A model generated the notes under the pieces. It did not search any database. It saw only the letters and a program-made list of their open reading frames with translations, and had not been told where the DNA came from. Positions 1 through 11,934 of a stretch of 64,000 bases of DNA are shown here, piece after piece. Each line of letters opens with the position of its first letter. Positions within the stretch are counted from its first letter, which is position 1. This DNA comes from Octopus sinensis (lineage: Eukaryota), in contig NC_042999.1 in NCBI RefSeq assembly GCF_006345805.1, positions 44,330,001 through 44,394,000 of the forward strand, read 5' to 3'. A program made the position numbers and the translations under genes.

Positions 1-478
1 ATAGGATGTTTATCATAGGTTTTGCTTTTGTTGGGGGGAGAAGATTTAAGGCTATATAACCCCTCCCCAGGTACCACCACGATATCTGCTTACAGTTTGG
101 TGGACATGTCTTTAATAGTTTTTTACTTTATAAAGAAATCAAACTATTCTCTATCAACCCTTAAAATGCTGCACCACAAATAGCCATCAGTGTCATGGGG
201 AACTGAACTGTATTCAGAAAGTGTTGTTTTGCACTGAAAAATGAGAACTAAGCACTTTTTCTGCAAGAAACAAAGTTTAGACTCTTTTAGAAAGTATTTT
301 CTGATAAAAAGACTTTCTGTTTGTATTTGTGTTTATTCAGTGAATTTCTTTAAGGATTTTTTTCTTTTTTCATTATTCTCTTCTTCGATTTTTTTTTTAA
401 CATCATGGTTGGTAGAAATAATATATTTCTAAATCTCTGAGAGAGATTTATGCAATAGCAGCATGATAAAGCGATAGT

Positions 479-820
479 ATGTTGTCAACTTAATGTGACA
501 GTCCAATGAAAGGGAAGAATACTGTGAGATTTAGAAATATATTGTTTCTATTTTCAAAAATCAGTGAATGTATTTCACTTGAAATATGTTTTCAAAGGCA
601 GATGGGCATTGAGAGCTAGCAAGCCATGCTACTCCAGAGTGATGATGAGCAATGGCTCTGAAACTAGTCTCTGGCTTTGCTGGGTGGAGGTGCTTATCTC
701 TACTTTGAAACATAAGGACACAGGAAATGTATCAAGTCCAACAAGAAACTGTGTTTCGTAGGGCTAAATAACAGTAGCATTCTTCCCTTTTATGGGACTG
801 TCGCATTAAGTTGACAACAT
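479..820. mobile_element. Inverted-repeat-bounded element (Penelope-like remnant or MITE) carrying a hammerhead motif
   Basis: About 42-bp imperfect inverted repeats (atgttgtcaacttaatgtgacagtcc..gggaagaat 479-520; attcttccc..gggactgtcgcattaagttgacaacat 779-820) with a hammerhead-like core at 634-674. Confidence 0.55.
634..674 (+). ncRNA. Minimal type I hammerhead ribozyme with C3G core mutation (probably inactive)
   Basis: ccaga-GTGATGA-t-gagc-aatg-gctc-t-GAAA-ctag-TC-tctgg: stem I ccaga/tctgg, stem II gagc/gctc, palindromic stem III actagt, GUC triplet. Confidence 0.7.
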
Positions 821-1140
821 GTAGATGACTTTAATCATGGTTGGTATATTCCAAGTTGCAAATTAGAATTTAGTGTTATTATCTATTAACTCTTGATACC
901 AACTTCCTGTTTTAAACCAATCTAAATTAACAGCTTGTCTCAAAATGTTATGCTAATTTGTTCTTGATCACCAAAATAATTAGTTATTTTCAAAATTAAT
1001 TGAAACAAAGGCAGTGTATTTCAGCAGAAAGATAACAAAAGAGTTAATGATTTTAATGATTTATTTATTTATTTGTTAATTAATGATTTGATTAAAGAGA
1101 GTTTAAACTTAGAGAAAATAATAGAGATTTCATTGTCATT

Positions 1141-1440
1141 GTGATATTGGGATTTATTGATTATGAACAGAAGTGGAGGAGTGATTGTATCGATGCTTTC
1201 CATAGCAATATGGGTCCTACAAAATCCTTGAACTTTGAAGCAAAGCATTTTGAGTTGTTTCTTCAACTTCTTCCTGAAAGATTTTTTGTCAGGATTGAGA
1301 GCACAGGATATACACATCAACTAAGCAACATCACTTTCATTACATCAATGGGGGAGATTAAGTTATATCTCGGAATGCTTTTGCTAATAGTTGTGCAACT
1401 TCCAGATTAAAGATTACTAGAGCACAAATTCAGCTCTTGA
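1141..1440 (+). mobile_element. Degenerate piggyBac-like transposase fragment
   Basis: ELFLQLLPERFFVRI...ITSMGEIKLYLGMLLL resembles the N-terminal part of piggyBac DDE transposases; followed by stops. Confidence 0.4.
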
Positions 1441-1777
1441 GACAGGAATTGATATCATGTAGATATGTGAAAATATATACCTGTAAGCAAATTACATATA
1501 TTCAACTTACCTGGGCAGGTAACAACAGCATCACAACTGGTAAAACTCGATGACAGATAAAATAACATTTCACATCATACACCAACAATCATTACATGTT
1601 ATCACCAAGTTTCATTGAAATTCATAGAAAAGTTATATTTTTATGATTTTTATTCTGGAATAACTGCATGTTTCTGAAAATATCTAGTTTATGACAAGAT
1701 TGGGAGATTTACCGAGAAAAAGCAGTACAATAATTAAAAAGTTGAAATAAAATTTATTTTATTAATTTCTTTTACAG

Positions 1778-1893
1778 TTGCAGAACCCACAGATGCAAAC
1801 CCTCATAAGTAACCCACGGGCTTTAGAAGCTATAATGCAGATCCAGCAGTCCTTGCAACAGTTACAGAATGAAGCTCCTGGACTTTTTCCAGG
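1778..1893 (+). CDS. UBQLN: Ubiquilin internal exon (STI1 region)
   Basis: tttacAG|[38 protein letters not shown](G)|GTatgc; NPRA..AI.QIQQ..QQL..EAP is the ubiquilin STI1-II signature; phase 0 to 2. Confidence 0.93.
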
Positions 1894-3461
1894 GTATGCA
1901 TTTGCTTTCTTAACTAAAGCAAACTATTTAAACATGACTGTCTTCTTTATTTTGTTCTATTTTTAATCTCATTTTCTATTTGTTGGAGATAAACGAAATA
2001 GAAAAAATTCTCCAAATTTTATTATTATAAGTAATTTCTAGGCAGTGAGCTGGTAATGATTGTTAGCATGCCAGGCCAAATGCTTAGCAACATTTTATCC
2101 ATTTTTATGTCCTGAATCCAAATTCTGCTAAAGTTGACTTTGCCTTTCATCCATTTGGGTCAATTACATCAACCCCAGTCAAGTACTGGGGTTGATGTAA
2201 TTGACTTCCACTTCAAAAACTGCTGGCCTTGTGCCAAAATTTGAAACATTATTATAAATAATCTCTCAATTTCTTTTTTTTAAAGAAATACTTAAAATCA
2301 TATTTGTAGGGCCTGGACAGCTCTCCGACTAGCCAGCTCCTGCCAAACCATCCAGCCCATGTCAGCATGGAAAATGGATGTTAAATGATAATGATTTGTA
2401 GAAACTAAAGAAGGAATTATCCATTTGTGACTGATTTCAAAATATTACAAATGATTGTAAAGAATCCACTTATTAACAGTAAATCAATCTCTGTTAGCTA
2501 TGGAGATAAGTATTCCAGTTGTCTTGTCAGCAGAACTGTTTGCTTGTTGAATTATAATGCAATTGGTTGAATATTCAACAGACAGTTGAGTCAACACGAT
2601 ACAATGTGTCACAAGGCTGACCTTTTGAATTATTGGTACAGTCTAGTATGCATGCTGCCAAAATTTTCATCTACCCAACTTCACTCACAAGGCTATGGTA
2701 AAAGATATTTTCCTTAGATGCTATACTGTTGGGTCAAACTCTGGACCTTATGATTTTGATACCACCTGTCTGTAACTACTTACCTACATAAAACACCACA
2801 ATGTCTACCAATCAAAATGTTGATTGTGTTTTTAAAGGTTTAGGTCATCATCATCATCATTGTTTAACATCCGTTTTCCATGCTAGCATGGGTTGAGTTC
2901 GTTAAATGGTGATCTGTATTATTAATAATTATTTCAAGGTAATGAGTTGAATCGTTGGTTGAAATGCTCAGCGGGATTTCTTCCAACTTTTTATGTTCTG
3001 AGTTTAAATTCCACTGAGGTTGATTTTTGTCTTTCATCCTTTGTGGGTTGATAAAATAAGTATCAGTTGAACCCTGATGTTGATTACATCGACTCATCTC
3101 CTCCCTCAAAATTGCTGGCCTTGTACCTAAATCTGAGACTGCAGAGAGCTGAAAGATAAAGTATTTTGCCAATCTGCCAGCCTGAATTAGTATTTTTTTT
3201 TTTTTGACTATGAAAGAATGAAAAGCTGGGCAGGATTTGAACTCGTAACACTCAGATTTGGATAGCAAAGCATGCTATCCATTGCTCTAATAACTGTGGC
3301 AACTCTCCACCTTAGTGTAGTCCTAGATATCTCTAAAAATACTTTGGGCTAAACATAAAAGAAAAGTTATTTTACTAAGCCCATAATTTAAATTGACAAT
3401 GGTTTTGAATATATAGAAAGGGTAGGCAGTGTATTGTTATTAGAAATCTGGTCATAAGAGT

Positions 3462-3787
3462 TAATGCTGGAGCACTGCCTTGGAAGATTTTAAATCGAAC
3501 AAATCGATCCCAGGAATTATTTTTTAAGCCTGGCACTTATTTTATAGGTCTCTTTTGCCAAACCGCTAAGTTACCGACACATAAACACAATAACACCAGT
3601 TGTCGAGTGATGATGTGGGGACAAACACAGACAAACACACACATACATACATACATATATACACACAAGGCTTTTGTTGGGCTGAGGCTATAGTAAAAGA
3701 CATTTGCCCAAGGTGCCATGCAGTGGGACTGAATCCTGAACCCTGTGGTTGGGAAGCAAGCTTTTTACCACGCAGCCACGCCTGCAC
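3462..3787 (-). mobile_element. tRNA-derived SINE family A (CORE-like ccttgggcaagt block)
   Basis: Matches the many copies listed below, e.g. 30925-31340. Confidence 0.8.
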
Positions 3788-3851
3788 TTATATTGAAACT
3801 TTTTTTAAATATTTCTATTGAAAATATATTGATCTTACTTTTCTCTTACAG

Positions 3852-4263
3852 TTTAACTGGTCTTTCAATTCCTACTACCAGTAATACAACCACTGGTAGT
3901 ACTGATTCTACTACAACCACAGCCTCCTCCACCGCCTCCACTACCACCACCACTACTTCTACAGAAGCCACCAACACATCCGCTACTGCTGGCTCTGCGG
4001 TGAATTCATCTGACAAGCCGGCTACGACTGCTGGTGAGAACACCTCCTCCTCTCCCGCCACCACAACTTCTACCACATCATCTACTTCTCCTAATATAAC
4101 TGGTGGCACCAATACCACAGCCAGCGGGGATTCTAACCCTCTTGGTGGTAATACCAGTGCTGATGCATTCAGTAATTTGATGGCCCAAATGGTACAGATG
4201 ATGGCCAGTGGTCAAATGGGAAATAATCCAATGACTAGTGGTTTACTCGGCACAGGACAAATG
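3852..4263 (+). CDS. UBQLN: Ubiquilin exon, Ser/Thr-rich low-complexity linker
   Basis: cttacAG acceptor in phase 2 with the previous exon; open 412 nt ending FSNLMAQMVQMMASGQM...GQM|GTaggt in phase 0. Confidence 0.85.
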
Positions 4264-5405
4264 GTAGGTGTTCTATATTTCATTTCTTGGAGTGATCTTG
4301 AATGTTGTGTGTTAATTGTTGGCATTACTCATAATTACCTTTCTTTCATTGACATTATATGCATACATGGCTATATTTTATAATGTATATATGCTTTGCA
4401 GCTATGTAATTTTGGGTTCATCCCACTGCGCAACATTGTGGCTGAGAGCCTTTTTTCTTTTATTTACCATATGTGGTCTCAGGCCCATCATGAAGCAATG
4501 TATGTAGATGACATTCCATGTCCCATATCCATAGGTTGCAGCCTGTCCTGGTTTTAAAATGTGGACAGTGCTATGCATCCATGAACCCACATCTGGCTTA
4601 CGTGGGCGTATTGGTGCAGGGTTGATCCTAACCTAGACGCCAACCCCAGTTGGTGAGTTGCAAAAGGCACTGGAACCTGCCAGACTTCAGCTGAGCAAGC
4701 CCAAGAGGCACATAAACATGATCGTGATAGCATAGTTTTTGATTGTGGTTGAATATTGAACCCAGTAGTTAGCGATTAACAATGGTTCAAAATAGTATTC
4801 CTCTGCACAGAGCAGTAGCCTGTTCATCTCCAGAAGAAGCATCCAGCTGTAGCACTTCCCCAGGGTGAGCTTCAAAGTTCCATCATGTACCACCAACCTG
4901 CATGGACTCCAACTTTTAATGACACTTGGATGTCATATGAAGTCTGGACCGCTCTCAAAGGGACATTGCATGAAATTACAGCGCTTTACCCAATTGAACT
5001 CAGGCTTTCGGTGTTGTTAGCTTACCCAAGAACCAATTTGGTATTATTGCATTTTTCTAATAAAACTCCTACCATTGGTTTAAGCCCTCTTACCACAATT
5101 TTTAATAGACCATCTTCTACTTTAGTTCTGAGTTGACCAGTGTATTATATGTAGAATCAAACTGAAACTATGGAAATCTCCCCCTCTTTTTATTTAATCA
5201 CTTCTTTTTTTTACTCTTACACTTGTTTTTCTTGGAATTTTGTTCACCTTTTCTTAATTTTTTTCCCTTTTCCCAAAGATGTTGTTTACATTTCTTGTTC
5301 ACACTTTGGCTAGTCACTGTACTTTTGAAGAACTTAATAAAAAAAAATGATACTTGTAAACAAGTAAAGGTTGATGACAGGAAGATCATCTGGTTGTAAA
5401 GTACC

Positions 5406-5594
5406 TATTTCTTTATTACCCACAAGGGGACAAACAAGGACAGACATAGGTATTAAGTCGATTACATCGACCCCAGTGCGTAACTGGTACTTAATTTATC
5501 GACCCCGAAAGGATGAAAGGCAAAGTCGACCTCGGCGGAATTTGAACTCACAACGTAACGCCAGACGAAATATGGCTACGCATTTCGCCGCCTT
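5406..5594 (-). mobile_element. SINE family B body with A-box region deleted, fused 3' of tRNA-Leu
   Basis: Same family as 6929-7111 and 33267-33499; about 29 bp between two ggcga microrepeats is missing from the head. Confidence 0.85.
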
Positions 5595-5607
5595 ATGAAT
5601 TATATTG

Positions 5608-5689
5608 TGGCAGCAGTGAGATTCGAACCCACGCCTCCGAAGAGACTGGTGCCTAAAACCAGCGCCTTAGACCACTCGGCCACGCTACC
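5608..5689 (-). tRNA. tRNA-Leu-TAG: tRNA-Leu(UAG), 82 nt, intronic and antisense in ubiquilin; probably retroposed
   Basis: GGTAGCGTGGCCGAGTGGTCTAAGGCGCTGGTTTTAGGCACCAGTCTCTTCGGAGGCGTGGGTTCGAATCTCACTGCTGCCA: full cloverleaf, CTGGT/ACCAG anticodon stem, TAG anticodon, long variable arm, A and B boxes intact. Confidence 0.95.
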
Positions 5690-6259
5690 ATCTGGTTGTA
5701 AAGTACCACCTCAAAAGAGTTCCTGTCCAATGAATACTAACATTGAAGGAAATGAATGTACTATGCTCTTTGCTGCTTTCTTTTCCTTTGTTTTTTGTTC
5801 ATCTTCAATTTCTTGGAATAAATGGAATTTGTCTCTTGATGGAGCTCACCTTTGAATTTTTTAGCAGAGACAGCTTTATTCTTTTCTACTCTAGGCACAA
5901 GGTCCAAAATTTTTGGGGAGGGAGGGAACCAGTCAATTACATCGACCCCAGTATGCAACTGGTACTCAATTTATTGTTACTGAAAGGATGAAAGGTAAAA
6001 TGACACCAACATCAGCCATGATTATGATTTCACTTAAAAAAAACCACCTCATCTCATCTAGGTTGTCCCATTGGGTGCCCCTTTTTTAGGGTTTTCGGTT
6101 GTACATTTATAGGAGTCACAGGGCGCTGCTCCATGTGATCCTGCAGTTTCCATTTTACCAAACAAAACTTTCTCACTCGCTGCCTTATCCTGCCTTCCTT
6201 TATCTTGTTCATTCTTGCTTTTTTTTTTTTTGTTACATTTTATATATCTCTGTTTCTAG

Positions 6260-6344
6260 GTTCAACCTCCTGATCAGCGCTTTGGACCTCAATTGGAACA
6301 GCTTGCAGCAATGGGATTTGTGGATCGAGAAGCTAATATTAGAG
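6260..6344 (+). CDS. UBQLN: Ubiquilin exon, UBA domain N-half
   Basis: ttctAG|VQPPDQRFGPQLEQLAAMGFVDREANIR|GTagtg; MGF loop of the UBA domain; phase 0 to 1. Confidence 0.95.
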
Positions 6345-6928
6345 GTAGTGTTTCTAAGTGTACTTCTGTTAGCTGTGTTGCAAAAAGTATATAACTGCAT
6401 GACTTTTAGTTTGGGTTCTGAAATTTCTAGATGGCTAACTAAATTCGAAGGTTAATGTAAATCTAAGTTAACCTAGTTTTCCAAATTCAAATACCGGTGT
6501 GGATTTGGTCCCTTCATTTATTATTTAAACTTAATTTGTATTTATATTGATTTTTTTTGACTAAATGGTGCAGTGTTTATTTTTCAATAAGTTTGATATC
6601 AATATCACAGAGCAAGTTCACTACTCAGCAGATTGCCATTTATCCAAGTTTTTCATTGTCTACTCTGTGAGGTGTCACATTCTGAGACCTTGTCTCAATT
6701 CGATGAAAGTGGGTGGGAATTGCTCTTAAGCAAATGAATACATAGATATGACTCTGTATTTTTTCTTATTAAGGACAATGGCAAAGCAGAAGTTTTAGTA
6801 AGGCCAGACATGTTACACTATAGTTGAGTTGTTTCTGCTTTTCCTTCGTTCAGCTTCATCAGGGAGGGTGTGGCTCTATAGTTTGGGTATACAGACAGTA
6901 CAGCTGGAGATCAGTTATATTGATTATA

Positions 6929-7111
6929 TACTTCTTTACTACCCACAAGGGGCTAAACACAGAGGGGACAAACAAGGACAGACAAAGGGATTAAATCGAT
7001 TACATCGATCCCAGTGCGTAACTGGTACTTGAACTCAGAACGTAACGGCAGACGAAATACGGCTACACATTTCGCCCGGCGTGCTACTGTTTCTGCCAGC
7101 TCGCCGCCTTC
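6929..7111 (-). mobile_element. SINE family B copy with 21-bp TSD
   Basis: Direct repeat agatcagttatattgattata at 6908-6928 and 7112-7132. Confidence 0.88.
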
Positions 7112-7224
7112 AGATCAGTTATATTGATTATAACCTCCCCTCTCTTAGTTTTGTCAGTATTAGATATCATTGTTTGTTTTTGTTGGTTGATATTTAATAT
7201 TCTTTTTTTTTTCTTCTTCTTCAG

Positions 7225-7286
7225 CTTTGACCGCTACCCTGGGTGATGTGAATGCTGCCATTGACAGGCTTTTACAACAGAGATGA
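7225..7286 (+). CDS. UBQLN: Ubiquilin last coding exon, UBA C-half and stop
   Basis: Long pyrimidine tract ttcAG|(A)LTATLGDVNAAIDRLLQQR-TGA; GD.NAAI.RLL is the ubiquilin C-terminus. Confidence 0.95.
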
Positions 7287-10200
7287 AGAGCAACAACATA
7301 AACTTCACCACCACTGCCACCACTACCACCGTCTCTCCATCTTTTGTTGTTGGTTAATTTAACTTTTCCAAATTCCAGAAAATTTTAAATTAAAAAAAAA
7401 AAGGACTACTAATTAAAAGAAACTCAATTCATCTGCAACTACTACTACTACTACTATTATTAATAATACTCTTACTTCTACTACTTCTACAGCAAATACA
7501 AAGAAGGGCTGTTACTATTACAGCAGCTCTACTTTCCACAACTGGTGGTGAAAAAAAAAAAGGGTTCTTGTTGCTCTGGCTTGATCTTATAAACAATGAT
7601 TTTGACATCTGTTACCAAGGTTACCTGTGTTATAAAAGAATGCATTTTGTTCTCTGCTCACGCACACACGAACACACACATACACACACGCACACACACA
7701 TACACACACGCACACATAGGCATCTATATTTAACAATTACTTTCGGCTGTTATTATTATTAGTTTGATCCCCTCCAAGATAAGTCCCATTCCCTTTTTCA
7801 GTTTGTTGCCAATCTGAGGACACCTGCACGAAAAGACAACTCAGTTTTCTTAACTTCCTTCCAAGTCTCTTCACAATTTTTCTTACTTCCCTTTATCTAT
7901 AATTTTTACTCTCTCTCTCTCTCTCTCTCTCTCTTCCTTTCTCTCTTCTCCCTTAAATTCTAACAAATCTCTTATTTTAGTTGTCTGCCCTTTTATGAAC
8001 AGGCTAATGACAAAAAAAAAAAAAGATCAGTTTGTTCTCTCCCCCTCCCCCAATATATTGATGCAACCTCTAATTCAGTGGTTTATCATTGGTCTGCTAG
8101 CTTGACAGATAATTAGTTGCTTCTGCTTTACTTTATTTCCTCTTACACTAATAGTGTGTGACTCCCCCGAAAGAATTTTATAGCCAGCTCTTTTTGAGAG
8201 ACATCGACAGGTGGTTATCTTGAAGACTGCTTTTTTTTTTTTAACCCCCTCCTCCAACACCTAAATCAATGAAATCTGTCCGCTATTTCTTAGAAAACAA
8301 ATATTTAATAATTAGATCTGAAGGAAGTTTAAGTGTCATAGCAGATTCTTATCCAAATCTGCATAGTCCTTGGGTATTTCCCTGTGATATATATATACTA
8401 TACTGCAAATATGAACATTTACATCATATTTTTAAATACACACATGCAAGCATACATTCACACAGATGGACATGGACATGAACTCTTATTATTGAATCAT
8501 ATTCTTTTATATTACAGGAATACTTTCTTTAAGATCGGTCTTATTAAAAAAAAAAAATTTAATGGAGTAAAGAAAAACTGGATAAAATGACAGCTGATTT
8601 TATAAAAGAAGAAAAATTTCAAAAATAAAGCTATGGGACTCCTGCCTTGGACAAGTTTCTACTCCTCCTTTTTAATTTGCAGAAAATTGCATTAGCTTTG
8701 AACTGGAGCAATAAAATATATTAAATCTTATAAAAATTTAGAAGATTAGTTGAAAACATATTTATGCAATCAAACATCATTAGCAGAAGAATACACAGTA
8801 TTAAAATAAAAGAAACCCAGATAAATAATTGCCATCATAACCATTTGGGTCAAGAAACTAGAAATATTCCTTTGGTAATATTTTTTTTTGTAATTTGTTT
8901 TATTTGTATTTTTCCATTTTTCTTTGAACTGATGAAGGAAAAGAACTTTGATGGTGGCAGTGATGGATTGGGTGAGGTTTGAATATGTTAGGTTTTGTTG
9001 ACCAAACCATTGACTTTTTGAGTACTGTAAATTGAGAACATCATAGATCCAGTATTCAAAAGGTTAAAACGAGAAAGATGAAGATGAAAAAAAAAAATAA
9101 AAAACAAAGGTATGTGCAAGGGTCTCAGGTTTTGTGTGTAATCAATGTATAAACACCATTACTGTTTACCTGAAACATTGCTCTTTTCCCTGTTCCATAT
9201 TTTCCCAACCAGATTGGAGAAAAAAAATCCCAATGAAAGGAGATTAAAAGAAAGACTGCTCTGAGGCATCTTTCCTGTACACTGATTTTTTTTTTTTTAA
9301 GAAAGAATAAAAAAAAAAAATTAGGAAGCTAAATTAAGATTTTAGAATTTTAGTTCAAAGACAAGAGTAAGCTTTTGAAAGTAAACACAAAAACACAGTA
9401 TTACTTTCTTCTAAAGAAAAAAGTAAAATAGAAACAATATTGACAATTGTTAAGAATTGAAGAGAGATAAATTAAAGAAAAGACTTCACATTGGAAAATT
9501 CTTTTTTTTTTTTCTTTTTTTTTTGTGGGGGTTAATCAGGATTGTTTTGGAAATTGCTTTTTGTGTTAAGTACAAAGTTTCAAATTGGAGTGTTTTAGTT
9601 CTTGTAGAATTAGCATATTTGGGCTTGGAGTTGAAATGGGAACGTGAGAAGAAAAAAAAAAACTAAAGAAAAGAGAAAAAAAATGAACAAGCCACATAGA
9701 AAAATGATGCTCTGGTTCTTCAGAGTTAGAATAAAAAATGACTGAAAGGGTTTGAACATGTTTTCTCAGTCATTGCAAAGTATCTTTTAAAAATGTTTTG
9801 ACCTTTAAACTCTATTACAGCCAATCCTTCCCATGTAAAAACAGTCTTTGATTCTCTATACCTGACTACTATTGTTATCCATTCTAATTACTACTGTAAT
9901 AATAATTATCATTATTGCTACTTTTAGTACAAATTGTACAAGACCATCTCTGCCAGCCAAATAGTGATACATGAGCAATTTACTTGAGAAGCCAACAATT
10001 GTAATAAACAATTAAGCAAGGTAGCCTCAGTTGTTAACTCTTTACTAGAGATATGTGCCTGCTTTTTGTTGTCTGTCTTGTCTGTTACATTTGGTAAGAT
10101 GGACACACACTTGACTGACTCAGTTTATTATCGTTTAAAATCCTTTGTATTGTATGCATATTTCTTTTTTAATATTAGTTTGCTTAATAATTCACAATTG

Positions 10201-10809
10201 TTTTGGCATTGTCTATTTTGCTATTTTATGAAGTATGCTTAAAATATTATTTTTTTTCCCTTTCACATTGTCATTTATTAAATGAGTATTAGGTAACTGC
10301 ATGAAGTGGTAAGTTTCGGTCAATCGGTGGCCCACTTAAATTTGCACTTTGTACATTTTTTGAAATGTTAACATTGTATTACAAGTTTGAATAGTTTCAC
10401 TTCAAATAGATGAAAAATAACACCATATAACAACGGATTAGTCATTCTGGAAATTTTAGCGTCTACAGCTTTATCTCCAAGGATTCTTTAGTAGTAACAG
10501 GTGCAACCAAGGACAGAGATACTGACATGTTTTGCTGTAATGTATTTAACAAATCAATGTTCCCCATTTGTCAAGACTGTTACTGCTCTTAATTTACTGA
10601 TGAGCTGACTAACTGTAAGTTAACCTCTATCCTCATCATTGTGTGAAGCAAGTGTTGAATGAAAATGTGTAATCCAGATTTACCAGGATCTAGCTGGAAC
10701 ATGAATGAGAACTGCAAAGAATTACCAGTATTTTCTGTTAATTATAATATTGATTCCTCTATCTTTAATTATTACGATTTATTTATTTATTTGTGAAGCA
10801 TCAGTTGTA

Positions 10810-11450
10810 GTGTGCGGGTATGATCATGTGGCAAGAATGGATGAAGATAGTTGTGTGAAAAAGTGTCACACCCTAACGGTTGAGGGAACCTGTGGAAGAG
10901 GTAGACTCAGGAAAACCTGGGACGAGGTGGTGAACCACGACCTTCAAACGTTAGGTCTCACCGAGGCAATGACTAGTGACCGAGACCTTTGACTCAGCAG
11001 GACAAGTGAGGCCATAACCCGTGGCCTCTATGCATACCTTTCCTTCTTGGGACACAAAACCCTACTTGCGAAGACCTGTTGAGGCAAGTGAAATCGGATT
11101 CGAAATTGAAATCGCTCAAAAATCAATGGAAATTGTAGTTGTGATACCAGTGCCGGTGGCACGTAAAAGAACCATCCAAATGTGGCCGTTGCCAGTGCCG
11201 CCCCGACTGGCCTCCGTGCCGGTGGCATGTAAAAAGCACCAACCGATCATGGCCGTTGCCAGCCTCGCCTGGCACGTAAAGAGCACCCACTACACTCACG
11301 GAGTGGTTGGCGTTAGGAAGGGCATCCAGCTGTTGAAACTCTGCCAGATCAGACTGGGCCTGGTGCAGCCTCCTGGCTTCCCAGACCCCAGTTGAACCAT
11401 CCAACCCATGCTAGCATGGAAAGCAGATGTTAAACGATGATGATGATGAT
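10810..11450 (+). mobile_element. RTE-clade LINE 3' fragment with tandem-repeat 3'UTR and (GAT)n tail
   Basis: HVARMDEDSCVKKC...GRGRLRKTWDEVV..DL ORF end, tgccggtggcacgtaaaaagcacc repeats, tail catgctagcatggaaagc..gttaaacgatgatg. Confidence 0.85.
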
Positions 11451-11934
11451 GTGGTACAAAACGTTGCAAAATTATCTGGTAATAATATCCTTGTTTTGTT
11501 TCTAGCACTTTTTGAACAGCATGAGAGTTATCTTTGTACAATAACAGAGTTAAGCTTTTGCTGTGGGTTACTGCCCATGCTCTCCAGCACTGTATTACCT
11601 AAATTGACATCAAGATACAGCAAAATTCAAGGATCTGGTATGTGCAAATCATTTCTAGAAGCTATTTGGCAATATTTTCTCTGAAATTTATTTGATTCTT
11701 GGATGTAGCTGAGAACAGTGATCAAAGATTCAGTAGGAGTGGCTGTGTGGTAAAAAGGCGGTGCTCCAGCATGACCGCAGTCAAATGACTGAAACGAGTA
11801 AAAGAGTAACCAACTTTGGAAAGAAATTTAAAGTTCAACCTGGCTGGTTATGTGAAAACACTGAATTGCCGTTGTGCAATAAAAACAAAGCAATCAGCAT
11901 ACTGGTAGGCTAAAAGTAATATACATCATATTAC

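Noticed and set aside
3846-4118. Val/Glu-rich minus-strand ORF
   Set aside because: Antisense shadow of the Thr/Ser-rich ubiquilin exon.
10597-10630. CTGATGA hammerhead-like core
   Set aside because: No GAAA..UH partner and no stem I.
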